Notes: generated by a model not told the origin, from the letters alone. Positions 42,321-55,733 are shown, numbered from the stretch's first letter. The stretch: 64,000 bases of DNA from Octopus vulgaris (GCA_951406725.2 OX597814.1:12400001-12464000); one strand, 5' to 3'. A program made the numbers and translations.

Positions 42321-42465
42321 TAATTAGAGTAAAACCATTATTATGTAATTCAAACAATGATAGACATAAACCAAATCACAAAGAAAAAATAAACTATATT
42401 ATAAAACATATAACTAGATCACCAAACTACAAAAAGATGAATAAACAATATTTAATAAGTAAAAA

Positions 42466-42567
42466 GACTACGTAGGTTTCGTGGCTATAACTTCAATTCG
42501 AATTACAATTAAATTGAAATTTAATCGAAAAACAATTCAATTTAAAAGTATAGTCACTCCTCAGGTC
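42466..42567 (-). ncRNA. Type I hammerhead ribozyme candidate with intact core and long loop II, in a probable Penelope pseudo-LTR (about 42320-42650)
   Basis: Minus strand: gac-CTGAGGA-gtgactata...(AT-rich)...tatagccac-GAAAC-ctac-GTA-gtc. Confidence 0.6.
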
Positions 42568-42660
42568 AGCAATAATAACAATAATAGTTAAATAAATAGT
42601 CAACTAGAATTAAACAATATTTCTTAAAGAGATAAAATCATGATTCTTTAAGAAGAATAC

Positions 42661-42692
<32 letters not shown>

Positions 42693-42696
42693 CCAC

Positions 42697-42744
<48 letters not shown>

Positions 42745-42746
<2 letters not shown>

Positions 42747-42900
42747 GACGGGCTTCTTTCAGTTTCTGTCTACCAAATTCACTCAAAGGGCTTTGGTCAG
42801 CCCAAGGCTAGAGTAGAAGACACTTGCCCAAAGTGCCATGCCGCCAGACTGAACACAGAACCTTGAGGTTGGAAGCAAGCTTCTTGCCGCTCCTGCGCCT
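42745..42900 (-). mobile_element. SINE family B, 5' half
   Basis: cgacgggcttctttcagttt..agaagacacttgccca..ctcctgcgcct. Confidence 0.8.
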
Positions 42901-42926
42901 ATATATATATAGTCTGTGTTTTTTTG

Positions 42927-42989
<63 letters not shown>

Positions 42990-43091
42990 TCGCAAAAACA
43001 CACTCAACTAAAGCAATTATCAAATGTGTGATGGAAAAAAATTATGTAATCTGCCTATCTATCTATCTATCTATCTACATAATACATATTT

Positions 43092-43149
<58 letters not shown>

Positions 43150-43688
43150 TAAATGTATATATATGATATATATGTATACATACATATATATATATATGTA
43201 TATATGATGTATGATTTGTATGCACACACACACACGCAAATACCGTTAGGTATACTCGTACCCTGCAAGCAGACAATGTAAGCCGTGTTTGCATAGACTG
43301 GAATTATAAGTATTAATATATTAAATGTAAATGATATTTAAAAATTCTTAATGGAGACCTAAGATTCGATGCAAGATTTAAAAGATCTATATTTTATAAA
43401 ACATGTACATTAAGTTAGACAAATAATTTCACCCTGCTTTTCGACCCCGATATTTATACTGCACCATGATGAAGATTTAAATCATTCCCAAGGCTACACC
43501 TAAAAATGTTCTAAATACCGTATCATAAAAACATAACGATTCTTTCCTTTCGTTCAATGCCCAACATCTCACTACAGAATGGTGAGTTAACATGTGTGCG
43601 TCACATAATTTATCTCTGGTGAATTAGCTAATGTCTAGAGACGTTTTATTATGTGTGTTTTAAGAGAGTAACACATTATGTATGTATG

Positions 43689-43776
<88 letters not shown>

Positions 43777-44338
43777 CATACATATGTGTGTGTGTATGTG
43801 TGCATACGCATATGCATCATCTGTATGTTGATGTATACAACTATGTGAAAATAAACATTTGTGTATCTACGATGTAGTATATTTAATAGTATTTACAATC
43901 GTTTCTTTGTGTATGATGTTACAAACAGCAACAACTTTTTCAGTTTGTACCTCATAAATCAGCTCTTCTGGGAAGAAACATTGTTCATGGAGCTTGCAGT
44001 ATGTCTGCTATATATTTCATATTTACGAGAATCTGTGAAATACCAGTTCGTAGTAATGCGATTTTAATTTTGAACTCATGAGCCCACTCAAGGCTAAGGA
44101 TTTGTATGTTGGTTGTGTTGTCTCAGTTCATTGCCAGCAGTTAGCAATGTAACTACTGATACGTACATCATGAGATTTAGAATCTCGTATATTACTTTTA
44201 TGTTCGTTGGATGGGCATCATTCCACTAATTTCCTGCTATTTTATTTGCTACAGCCAGTTACAGTTAGGAAATCTCTTTCTTTATATTTGTTACGAATAA
44301 TATATTTTTGCAGGTCAATGTTTTGTTCCTGTTGCAAA

Positions 44339-44727
44339 GACGGCGAGCTGGCAGAATCGTTAGCACGCCGGGCGAAATGCTTAGCAGTATTTCGTCTGCT
44401 GCTACGTTCTGAGTTCAAATTCCGCCGAGGTCGACTTTGTCTTTCATCCTTTCGGAGTCGATTAAATAAGTACCAATTACGCACTGGAGTCGATATAATC
44501 GACTTAATCCGTTTGTCTGTCCTTGTTTGTCCTCTCTGTGTTTAGCCCCTTGTGGGTAGTAAAGAAATAGGTATTTCGTTCATCTTTACGTTCTGAGTAC
44601 AAATTCTACAAAAGTCTACAAAAGTCGAATTTCATTCTTTCGGGGTCAATAAAATGAGTATTAGTCAAACCTAGGATCGATGTAATCGACCTCGAACTTG
44701 CCGGCTTTGTACCAAAATTTGAAACCA
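44339..44727 (+). mobile_element. Composite SINE: young family A copy joined to the 3' part of an old related SINE
   Basis: Junction at 44569/44570. An imperfect 21-bp TSD (aatgttttgttcctgttgcaa / aatattttcttcctgttgcaa) flanks the whole composite. Confidence 0.85.
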
Positions 44728-44946
44728 ATATTTTCTTCCTGTTGCAACATATCATCCGAGATCACTAGTTGTGTGTTAACACAGTCTATCATTTATCTAT
44801 TTGTTCCGTTAGTGTTTAAATTTTAGGTGACTTATCGTCTACCATAGAAGGGTATGTACTACAGTAGCAGTAACCTGCTGCTGTCTGATTCAACGTTGCT
44901 TTTAACATTGAAGCTGCAATTTCAGTGTGTATCACTGTTTGGTGGT

Positions 44947-45187
44947 TTACTCTTTTACTCTTTAATCTTTTACTCTTTTACTCTTTTACTTGTTTCAGTC
45001 ATTTGACTGCGGCCATGCTGGAGCAACGCCTTTAGTCGAGCAAATCGACCCCGGGACTTATTCTTTGTAAGCCCAGTACTTATTCTATCGGTCTCTTTTG
45101 CCGAACCGCTAAGTGACGGGGACGTAAACACACCAGCATCGGTTGTCAAGCAATGCTAGGGGGACAAACACAGACACACAAATACAT

Positions 45188-45242
<55 letters not shown>

Positions 45243-45401
45243 TACGACATGCTTCTTTCAGTTTCCGTCTACCAAATCCACTCACAAGGCATTGGTCGGC
45301 CCGGGGCTATAGCAGAAGACACTTGCCCAAGATGCCACGCAGTGGGACTGAACCTGGAACCATGTGGTTGGTTAGCAAGCTACTTACCACACAGCCACTC
45401 C
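44947..45401 (-). mobile_element. SINE family B
   Basis: Near full length with a (TTTTACTC)n tail. Confidence 0.92.
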
Positions 45402-46413
45402 TTATTTGCAACAGAATTACTAGATTGGGTTTATTCGAACGATTCAGTTATATGAATAACTTTACACTGATAATCTACTTAATTTTATTCGTTAAGATGT
45501 TTTAGGCTTAAATTATGTTTAACGTGTCTGATATTCTAAAGAAGTTCTGTCTTTACGTAACACCAAACATTTCGCCTTAGAATGTACATACTTTCTGCTA
45601 ATTTACTATATATTGTGTTTACACGATTGGAACGAATGAAACTTCTACTTTAACCATAATGAGTTTCACCATTTACTGCTGATTTACATTTAATTTTAAA
45701 TACAGGGAGATGATCTTTAAAGTTTTCGACATGTTTTAATCGTGATGAAATTTTAAATTATTTACAGCTTGGGAATTATTTTCTTTACGATCCTTATAAT
45801 TGCCTTACTGACTTGTATAATGTTGTACTTTTAGTGCATTGCGTGTGGTTAATATAAATTGGCTGGTCTTATATCTTTTGGGAATATCTATACATTGATA
45901 TTTCCTTTCAGAACGACGCTATATTCATGTATCATTTGGCGTTTCGTTATTAGATTTCACTAATGGTTGCGCACCAGCAGAGTGCTGCGACATATTTTAT
46001 TCATTCTAAGAAATTATATTTGGAACCCCCTGAAACGTGTCGTATTAATTAATATTTGATTTCTATATACTTCTTTTAACATTTATTTCTTATTTTGTAA
46101 ATGATTTTAATCCATTAGTCTCTTCCTCCCGCCCAAAAAGAGAAAATGCTGACATTGATATCTCGATTATAGATATATTCAAGGTTACATTCGTAGTTTC
46201 AAGAAGAATGCGGTTTGAATGTTGACTAGACATTAAACTAGTGTTCCATTTTAAGGACACATATACAATATATTCCACATTAGTTAATATTGGTTGACTC
46301 CACTTATTACTATGTTCTTATTTCATTAATTTCTCTTAATTCCTTATAACTTTCCTATCCGTCAATCTTGTAGCGAAAAATAAATCAACATCAATGGTAT
46401 TATTAGATATATA

Positions 46414-47038
46414 AGGTGGCGATCCAGTAGAATCGCCAACCAGAGAGTCTGGAAAATGTCTTGTAAAATTCCATTGGCTATTTATATTCTAAGATGAAAT
46501 CCTACCGAGGTCATCTTTTCAACCTATTCAACATTTCCTGACAGATAAAGTAAAGTCGCTCTTACATACTAGCGTCAATAAAACGGACTAGTCCTTCGCC
46601 ACAGTTTCAGGCTTGTGCCGGCATGAGAAACAATTCTTCTTCTTCTTCTTCTTCTTCTTCTTCTTCTTCTTCTTCTTCTTCTAGCGGTATTTCCTCTGCC
46701 ACTACGTTTGAGTTCAAATTCCGCCGAGGTCGACTTTGCCTTTCATCCTTTCGGGCTCGACTAAATAAGTACCAGTTACGTACTGGGGTCGATATAATCG
46801 ACTTAATCCGTTTGTCTGTCCTTGTTTGTCCGCTCTGTGTTTTGCACGTTGTGGGTAGTAAAGAAATAGGTATTTCGACTGCTTTCACGTTCTTGGTTCA
46901 AGTTCCGAGGAGATCGACTCTGCCTTTCATCCTTTCGGGGTCGAGAAATTAAGTACCAGTTGAGTATTGGGGTCGAACTAATCGATTTAACCCTCTCCTA
47001 TAACTCCAGGCCTTGTGCCTACAGTAGAAAGGATAATG
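46414..47038 (+). mobile_element. SINE cluster: old copy with (TTC)n tail, truncated family A copy, old-type 3' half
   Basis: Old copy at about 46414-46633, (TTC)n 46634-46681, family A 46682-46868, old-type 46869-47038. Confidence 0.75.
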
Positions 47039-47316
47039 ATGATAATTATTAACATTAGTAGCAGAAAGCTCGCCCTCCGGTCGGTTTCCTACTGATCCCT
47101 TTTCACATTTGATTCCCAATTCTAATAGTTTTTATATTTTACGTCAAATTATTTCTTTGTATAAGCTCACTTGCTTGGTAAGTATTGCTTTCATTATTTT
47201 ATCACAGTTATAATCTCTGTTTTTCAACAAATATCACGGTAGCCCAACAACTGAAGCAGTTTATCGAGTTTTACCTTCCCCTTAAAGCAACACTGTAATC
47301 TTTGCAGTGTGTGTCT

Positions 47317-47317
<1 letters not shown>

Positions 47318-47366
<49 letters not shown>

Positions 47367-47424
47367 TAGAGAGAGAGAGAGAGGGAGAGAGAGAGAGAGA
47401 GAAAGAGAGAGAGCGGGAGAGAGA
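47318..47424. repeat. (GA)n microsatellite
   Basis: Visible directly. Confidence 0.95.
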
Positions 47425-48496
47425 ACATTCCAAACAATGAAGAAAATAAGCATGAAATGAAAAAATTGTATAAATAAAAGGCATTACTACAGATGTATTC
47501 GCCCCCGACTTTGTTGCCTCGTGACATCCAGGAAAATGGATACTTTTTGACAAAAGTTTCTATAAATACTGCTTAGATTTTGTTGCTTCAGAATATATAG
47601 GGATTTATGAGAAAGAAATTTTCCGAGGGGGTGAAGAGAGGAGTTTTGGAAAATTCACACGATCTGGCTTTTTTTCCTCATAACGTTCAGGAAGATGGGT
47701 ATGTTTTAGTGAAAATTTATACAAATCTCTTTCAAACGGCATAAATTACGATTATAAAGACATTTGTAGGGAAAGTTTTTTCAGGGATTTTCCAATTTTT
47801 CTTTTTAACCAAAGCCTTCGAAATGATGGAGGTGGGGGTATCTTTGTATGAAAAAAGTTTTGTAAACGCTTGTTTCACACCCCTTCCTTCATCGTCCCAC
47901 TCCAGACCTATTTTGACAAAATAAAATACAGCCAGGTAAGAATTAGGATGAATACTTACTGGAAATGTGTTAATTCAAATTTCATTGACCCGAAGAGTGC
48001 TCAGCTGAGATTTCTAACTCAGCTTTAAAGCAAACTCGTACATCCATTGTTTTAATTTTGTGTATATACCTACCAGGAAGGAAGTAATTATTGCCGCAAC
48101 ACTTGAAATGGATCTTGTTTAAACTTGAAAGATAGAAAGTATAAAAAAAACGACATTTGTTTCAATATTAAAATTTCATATTGACCATGTATAACAAACT
48201 GCTATGGTGTAGGTAAGGCCAACTTTTGCTTAATTTTGACTGCAACAACCACTTTGATGAAAACATTTGCACAATTTGATGCTTCATTTTAGAGATCAAC
48301 TCAAATATCATCTTTTGTGGTTATTTGCAATGATTCAAAGGAAGATTCCAAAGTACCACTTACTAGATTTTTGCCTTATTTCTATTCGACACATTCAGTA
48401 ATACGTACAAAACAGTATGTAAATTTGCTGAAATATCTGTCATTCCACAGGGTAAACACTACTTCTTTTCAATTTTTGTTTTATTTCTGGTATTAT

Positions 48497-48636
48497 TAGG
48501 TTGTCCCAAAAGTTCGTAAACACTTGCGAAAATTGAATTTTTACTCGCCAAGTACTAACAAAAACAACAAAAATTATTCCTCAAAATAAAGACCATTATT
48601 TTACAAGACTTTCTACGAACTTTTGGGACAGCTTTA
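48497..48636. mobile_element. Small mariner-type MITE
   Basis: Terminal inverted repeats taggttgtcccaaaagttcgta and tacgaacttttgggacagcttta. Confidence 0.7.
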
Positions 48637-50862
48637 TAAAAAGCACTTGTAAACCTTCGTTTTGATTAATTTTCAATAAAAAAAGAAAACGTTATAAGGT
48701 CTTGGTGATAAATAAAACCCATGATTGCGAGATATTATAAGTACGTGACCTTTTGACCTCTGGTGAACTGTTTACAGAATAAATTTGCTTACCGTTTGCA
48801 TAAACTTGTAGATCTTGACCAGGTAATCATTTTAAGTGGTCATTTGAGTTGCAAAGTTAGAGCTGTTTGGATTGTCCGTACCTTTTATTTTCTGCCTCCA
48901 ATTGTAAGTGGGCGTGGTCAAAATGTCCATGAGGTGGGGTATCTTCCTTCCGAGTTTTTTTGCTGGCAACATCAATTTTCTGACTTTTCAGACCCAGCGC
49001 TACATGAAAATACCCATTAAAGTAAGTCACAAGGTGGGGTGTACTATGATCCCCTCCACACTAGCCCATAGCATGTATCTTTCCATTTTTAAATATCTGA
49101 CGCCAGTTCGATACTGCCTCTATGAAAAGCGACTATGTCTGAAGTGCTCGAAGAGGCTAGAGTCGCTTTATTCACTAGAAAACAGCCTTATATTACATCG
49201 TTCCTACGCAAAAGTGATACAACTAAAGTCTCAAATTAACTGCAAATTTGAAGTCACACAATTTCTCTTTATTTGTCATGACACATCGCATATGTAATCT
49301 CTCTCGGATTACATTCCAAAGATTAGTTTTCGTTTTCAGAAAGAAAAATGAGTCAGCTTTGATTACTTGAAAAACTTTATCAAACCTCAAGTGCCACCTA
49401 ATTTATTCTTCAGGAAGCGTGAATGGTCCTTCAAGACAAAGTTTTAAGCATCACATTTGCTACCTGATTGTTAAAGATACATTGATCAACACGTTAAAGC
49501 GACTGACTCAAAGTCAAACTGTTTCCTCAAACTTCTCCTCTATTAAAACTACAATGAATCCCAAACTCTCTGAACAAATAAGTTGCACACAACCTCTACT
49601 CCGGCCTATAAGAAACACCTGTTGCTCTTGTTCTCTTCAGTTTTAGTATTATTTTATTCGTTTATTCTTTTATATGTTTCAGTCCAATGACTGTGGCCAT
49701 GGTGGAGCACCGCCAGTTCACATTCGAAAGACGCACAAAGCATGAACCCATTTCCATATTCAAATAAACATCCCGATAGAATACATTCTCTGCATATCGT
49801 TTGTACTACAAATGACGAGATATTAATATTCAAACAGGACAACTACTGCACTAACAAATAGCCGTCTGATAAATTTGACTACCAAATCTTCAAGTTTTAC
49901 TCAACTGACCTAAACGGTTACATAATCACAAACAACGAGCCCCCTTTTTTTAATTTAAAAAGGCAGCCCAAGGGGATTCTATTCTCTGCATACCGTTTGT
50001 ACAAGTGACGAGGTGCTACTATTCAAACAGAACAACCACAGCATTAACAAAGAAGCCGTTGTATGGCTCCTCTGCCTGATAGATCTAACTGGTAAATCTT
50101 CAAGTATTACCCAAACATCCTACACGGTTTATACCACCAACAATAACAATAACAATAATAACAACTGTTCTGTGTCCTTCGACGAATTAATTAAAAGAAA
50201 CAAAGGGATAAGTTACTTCCTTTGAAATTGTTAATTGTAAATCCAGTGTGCCAGAATATGGATTATTCAGATAAATACAAACATATGTGAGTAACCTTAT
50301 AACATAAACTTCTAACAATTTAATCCAGTATGGTTTAGAGGCTTGCTCTATACCCACCCCCTTTATCCTTCTCTTTACCTTCCGACATCTTTGTAATACA
50401 ATGACGGCAAACCTGTGTGGAACGAAAGAAAGCAGCTGCTAATTGAGTTAAAACTGTATTTTGTTCACACAATACTCCCTTCAGATTCTATTTAGGATTT
50501 GCGGATTAAACTATTTCTATTTTGTTCATTTGACCATGAAGTAGGTTGGCTCAATGTTAATTATACGTTATTTTTTAAGTACATTGCTTCACAGATAAAC
50601 ACAATATCACGCATACATTCATGCGTTCACATTACCAAAATGTATTTTCATTCATATAGATATACATTTTCGAATTCGTACATACACTCATAAAACACAC
50701 ACATACACACAGATACGTCACGTACAAAGAAAGAGAGGATGGAGGGGACAGAGAAAGCTAGATTCAATATATGAACATACACTTATATTTACATACATGT
50801 ATATATCATATTGTCCACATATATGTATATAAACATATGCACATATATAATTACTAATATAA

Positions 50863-51092
50863 GGCGGCGAGCTGGCAGAAACGTTAGCGCGCCGGGCGAA
50901 ATGCTTAGCGGTATTTCGGCTGCCGTTACGTTCTGAGTTCAAATTCCGCCGAGGTCGACTTTGCCTTTCATCCTTTCGGGGTCGATAAATAAAGTACCAG
51001 TTTCGCACTGGAGTCGATGTAATCGACTTAATCCCTTTGTCTGTCCTTGTTTGTCCCCTCTATGTGTAGCCCCTTGTGGGCAATAAAGAAAT
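50863..51092 (+). mobile_element. SINE family A
   Basis: 19-bp TSD atatataattactaatata at 50843-50861 and 51093-51111. Confidence 0.92.
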
Positions 51093-51146
51093 ATATATAA
51101 TTACTAATATATATGTGTACACACACACACGTGTGTACGGATGTGT

Positions 51147-51224
<78 letters not shown>

Positions 51225-51536
51225 TACATATATATTTGTTTGTGTGTGTGCGTGTGCGCGTGCGTATTATATGTAAAATAAAAGTGGCTAGACGCAGGAA
51301 AAATTCAGTTATCATTAATAGTGACTGAGGGTCAATTGTAGCACCTACATTGCAAGAAACAAGAGTCAAAGACCCTCTATAGCCACAAACATAGCACAAG
51401 TCTAAGAACTGAAGGTGGATTGACCGACCCATAGCGAGCGAAGGTACTAAATGGGCAAGTAGATTTCACTTGAAATTAAATCCCATTCGTAGCACTACTC
51501 TATCGCTTATAGATACATCAAATCCAACCTGTTAGT

Positions 51537-51615
<79 letters not shown>

Positions 51616-51620
<5 letters not shown>

Positions 51621-51976
51621 ATATAAACGGCAGTTTGTCTGTGCGTGTTTCTGTGTGTCTGTTTGCTTGTACCCTCACCCTGACCACGGCTTTCAACCGA
51701 TTCTGATGAAACTTGACACACACATAGCCCAATGTCATAATTCAAAACTAACGCAGCGAAAATTTTGAAAAGTTCCCCCAGTTCTGAAAAAAATCGATAA
51801 ATTCGACATGGGGTCGAGAATCAGAAACAAACCACAGACTGTCTAGGGGACGCAACTCAACCTTTTTTAACTCAAAAAAATTTACCATCATTTTTTTGCT
51901 ATTTTTTGGCTATAACTCTCTAAAAATGCTTTATAGTTATTTCCCTTACAAACCTGAGCAACGCCGGGCGATACTG

Positions 51977-51979
<3 letters not shown>
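51616..51979 (+). mobile_element. Non-autonomous Helitron-like element
   Basis: 5' TCTATATATAAA start, then a GTCT/GTGT-rich tract; 3' GC hairpin cctgagcaacgccggg about 8 nt before CTA; no TSD. Confidence 0.65.
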
Positions 51980-52017
<38 letters not shown>

Positions 52018-52059
52018 CTTACTTGGAAATGGATGCGTGGCGTTGAATCAAATAATAAT

Positions 52060-52111
<52 letters not shown>

Positions 52112-52134
52112 CATACATATATATGTATATAGAT

Positions 52135-52560
52135 ATGCATATATGGGTACAGAACGTCACAAAACGTAAACAACATGAAATAGGAAAATAAAGTTGGGTA
52201 CGTAACAACAAGAGAAATAAATGAAAAACAAGACATGTAACATAAAGAATTACACTTCATCAGTTGTAGTCTGTCTTCCTACTCCTTATTTCGAGCAGTG
52301 AACGTCAATATAAGACTTTGAAGGCAGTTGCTCTCGTGAACCAAAATAAAATTTTATTAATTTGCTTTGCAGGAGCAACTGTTTTATCGAAAGCGTATAC
52401 TGTTGTTAAATGCTCGAAATACGAGACTAGAAAACAGCCAACAATGTTCTTAAGTTGTTTGTCTTGTTTTACAATAGTTCATGTTCTATGTACTTGTGCT
52501 TCGTACTTGTTTGTTATACACGTTTCGTGATGTCCTGTGCCCACATATGTATATTTATAC
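52135..52560. repeat. Degenerate fold-back (about 420 bp) in TA-rich flanks
   Basis: Nested inverted matches at 52141-52174/52513-52546, 52287-52297/52411-52421 and about 52325-52333/52372-52381. Confidence 0.65.
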
Positions 52561-52851
52561 GTATAGATCTAAGTATGCACATATACGTATGTATATATGC
52601 ATATTTTGACGTTTCCAGTCAACGCTCTTCGATAAAAAGTGATGATGAGGAATATATATATATAGAGAGAGAGAGAGAGAAAGAGAGAAGTAACGAAGAG
52701 AAAATATATTGTGTCGGGATTATGTATATGTATGTGTATATATATATATATATATATATTATATAAATTCGCCTTAAATGGTCCCTTTACATACTGAACA
52801 CTTGGCGAAATTGATTAATAATTAATTAATTAATTTTACCCTCAATTGTTG

Positions 52852-52887
<36 letters not shown>

Positions 52888-52891
<4 letters not shown>

Positions 52892-53076
52892 CGTATATTT
52901 GCCATTTGAATATGGCTATAGACACACGTTCTGTGCCCTATCAGTATTCGCAAATACTGATAGGGCACAGAAAGTGTGTCTATTTCCAGCTAGAGGAGGT
53001 CTCCTCCTGGGGCTACAAACTACAGTAGCATCCACCCTTAGGGGTTAGCCATATTCAAATGGCAAATATACGTCAC
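52888..53076. repeat. Nested double hairpin
   Basis: Perfect 31-bp outer arms at 52888-52918 and 53046-53076; inner hairpin 52918-52983 with a 4-nt loop. Confidence 0.9.
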
Positions 53077-53123
53077 GATGTGTTGCTGCTACTGTTTATA
53101 ACTCGCTCTGAGATTTATCATTG

Positions 53124-53160
<37 letters not shown>

Positions 53161-53165
<5 letters not shown>

Positions 53166-53618
53166 TCGGGGTGAGTACTTGATAATTGTAAGCACCTGTA
53201 TATACCGTTTGGTGGTGTAGGTGGTGGAGTAAATTAATCAAAATAAAAACATGATGCCAAGGATTCAGCGGTACATATGTTTCGGGCCTTTATTAGACGG
53301 ATTTATAACAATGCATAATGTGTGTCTGTGGCCTTCTTCAGCCGCGCACAACTACTTCCACAAGGACATGTATTACATCAAAAATTCATGGTTGGGGATG
53401 CAAATCCTCTCATTCGTGTACGACATAATGCGGCAACAGCTGAGAGGATTTGCATCCCCAATCATGAATTTTTGATGTAATACATGTCCTTGTGGAAGTA
53501 GTTGTGCGCGGCTGAAGAAGGCCACAGACACACATTATGCATTGTTATAAATCCGTCTAATAAAGGCCCGAAACATATGTACCGCTGAATCCTTGGCATC
53601 ATGTTTTTATTTTGATTA

Positions 53619-53623
<5 letters not shown>
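53161..53623. mobile_element. Penelope-like pseudo-LTR palindrome in (TA)n
   Basis: 183-bp arms at 53230-53412 and 53441-53623 with 1 mismatch and a 28-nt spacer; a 70-bp unpaired extension on the left; one hammerhead per arm. Confidence 0.8.
53508..53585 (+). ncRNA. Minimal type I hammerhead ribozyme candidate (mirror copy on minus strand at 53268-53345)
   Basis: gcgg-CTGAAGA-aggcc...(about 40 nt)...ggccc-GAAAC-atat-GTA-ccgc: intact core, stem I GCGG/CCGC, palindromic stem III ACATATGT, GUA cleavage triplet. Confidence 0.7.
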
Positions 53624-53674
<51 letters not shown>

Positions 53675-54627
53675 TCCTTTGCTCTCCTTAGAGTAATAAT
53701 ATAATTATATATTCTGTACTGTTACGTTTATTATTATTTTCCTCAAGTCACTTGGACGGCCATTAATGCTCTAAGATAGTTTCATAAAATCAAGTTGGAG
53801 TGATGTAGTGTGTTTACATATAGTGTGTTTACACTGCATATGTAGTGTGTTTACCCCATCCCAAAATGTACCACTCTGCATAATATCCGAATCCTTCATT
53901 GTACCACTTTTTCTGGTTGCTTTAGCACTGTATTTTTGTACTTTCCTGTCCAGTAGCCTGACATTCATCTTGTCTTCACATCGTTTCCTTCCCTTCTCTT
54001 CTACTCACATAACCTCTCCTGCTTATCCTATCTCACTTTCTCTGAAATTAAATTTTCTTCTCTTTTTGTTGATGTCAGGCAAAGGGACAGTACAACGAAA
54101 CATATTTTATACTCCTTGCAGCATATAAACTTTACTACTCTTTTATATTTTAAATTTTGATTGATTTTCCTTTTCTGACATAGTTTATTGTGACTTACCC
54201 TGAATTCCTGATTTTAATCTATTTTAATATATTTTTAGACTCTTATAATGAAGTATTATTAAAAAATGTGAGTCATCGGTCATGCAATATGTCTTCTTAG
54301 TCAGCAGTTTATTGTTCTCACGCCAGGAATACCGAAACATTTGAAAATATATCTTTGGTGGCAATGGAAATCATTTTAAAGATTTAAATTTATCGCACGA
54401 ATGCTGGAATACGGAGCCAGCACAATATACTTTCAAAATAAAACATATAATAGATTGGTTGTTTAAAAAACAGAACTTTCCTTTTCAGATAGTGTGAATG
54501 AGTCATAATTGGGAATCTTCTTGATAAAACCTCTCTGATATTTGTTCTAATAGAAAAAAAGCACAACGTGGCTGCATGAAACCGTTCCCAACACTCCCCC
54601 CAAAGAAATAAAAACCAATCCCCTGTA

Positions 54628-54638
54628 TTAATAATAGA

Positions 54639-54691
<53 letters not shown>

Positions 54692-54717
54692 TAATAATAA
54701 TAATAGTAATAATAATA

Positions 54718-54762
<45 letters not shown>

Positions 54763-54928
54763 GTATTAATAATAATAATAATAGTAATAATAATAATAGT
54801 AATAATAATAATAGTAATAAAAATAAAAATAATAATAATAATAATAGTAGTAGTAGTAATAATAAAAATAATAATAGTAGTAGTAGTAGTAATAATAATA
54901 ATAATGATGATAATAATAATAATAATAA

Positions 54929-54978
<50 letters not shown>

Positions 54979-55002
54979 ATAATAATAATAATGATAATAA
55001 TA

Positions 55003-55068
<66 letters not shown>

Positions 55069-55082
55069 TTAATAATAATAAT
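54628..55082. repeat. (AAT)n/(AGT)n compound trinucleotide array
   Basis: About 450 bp with 3-bp periodicity. Confidence 0.97.
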
Positions 55083-55169
55083 TTATTGTTTTGTTGGCCA
55101 CAAGGGCTGACAAAAATTAATTATAACATAAAAAGACAAAACACAAGACGAGATGGGCTACAGCCAATA

Positions 55170-55610
55170 TTCTGCTCAATACCACACACTTCCTTCTCAG
55201 TTGTTTGACCTTAACCAGTTTGCATGTCCCTTAGAGGCTGACAATATGTGCATCTCTGATCACGAGCAGAAGTAGTGGGGGAGCCTCATAGTCATATGTT
55301 GAGAGAGATTCTTTGAGGTTTGAATAATTCACCTTTGGAAACATGGGTGTTTCTTTCAACATCCTTAAACAACTCTTATTCAGGGACCTTTTGAGCGGGA
55401 TGGGTTACCCGACCAGAAGAAAGTTCTAACTGGGCCCCACCTGCAAGGTCATGTTCTGTTTATCTTGGTATGTGATCACCATGTCGCGCACATATGGTTA
55501 TGATGCATGTGCCTGGTGTACCCTTATTATACGGGTAGTCATGATGGGTATACTGGGCTTCGTATATTTTACCCCAGTGTCACTTAGATGGCATGCTCTC
55601 TCACTCAAAA

Positions 55611-55678
<68 letters not shown>

Positions 55679-55701
55679 ATAATAATAATAATAATAATAA
55701 C

Positions 55702-55733
<32 letters not shown>

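Noticed and set aside
47480-49330. Complex sequence that may hold further non-autonomous DNA elements
   Set aside because: Apart from the MITE at 48497-48636, I found no termini, TSDs or second copies to define them.
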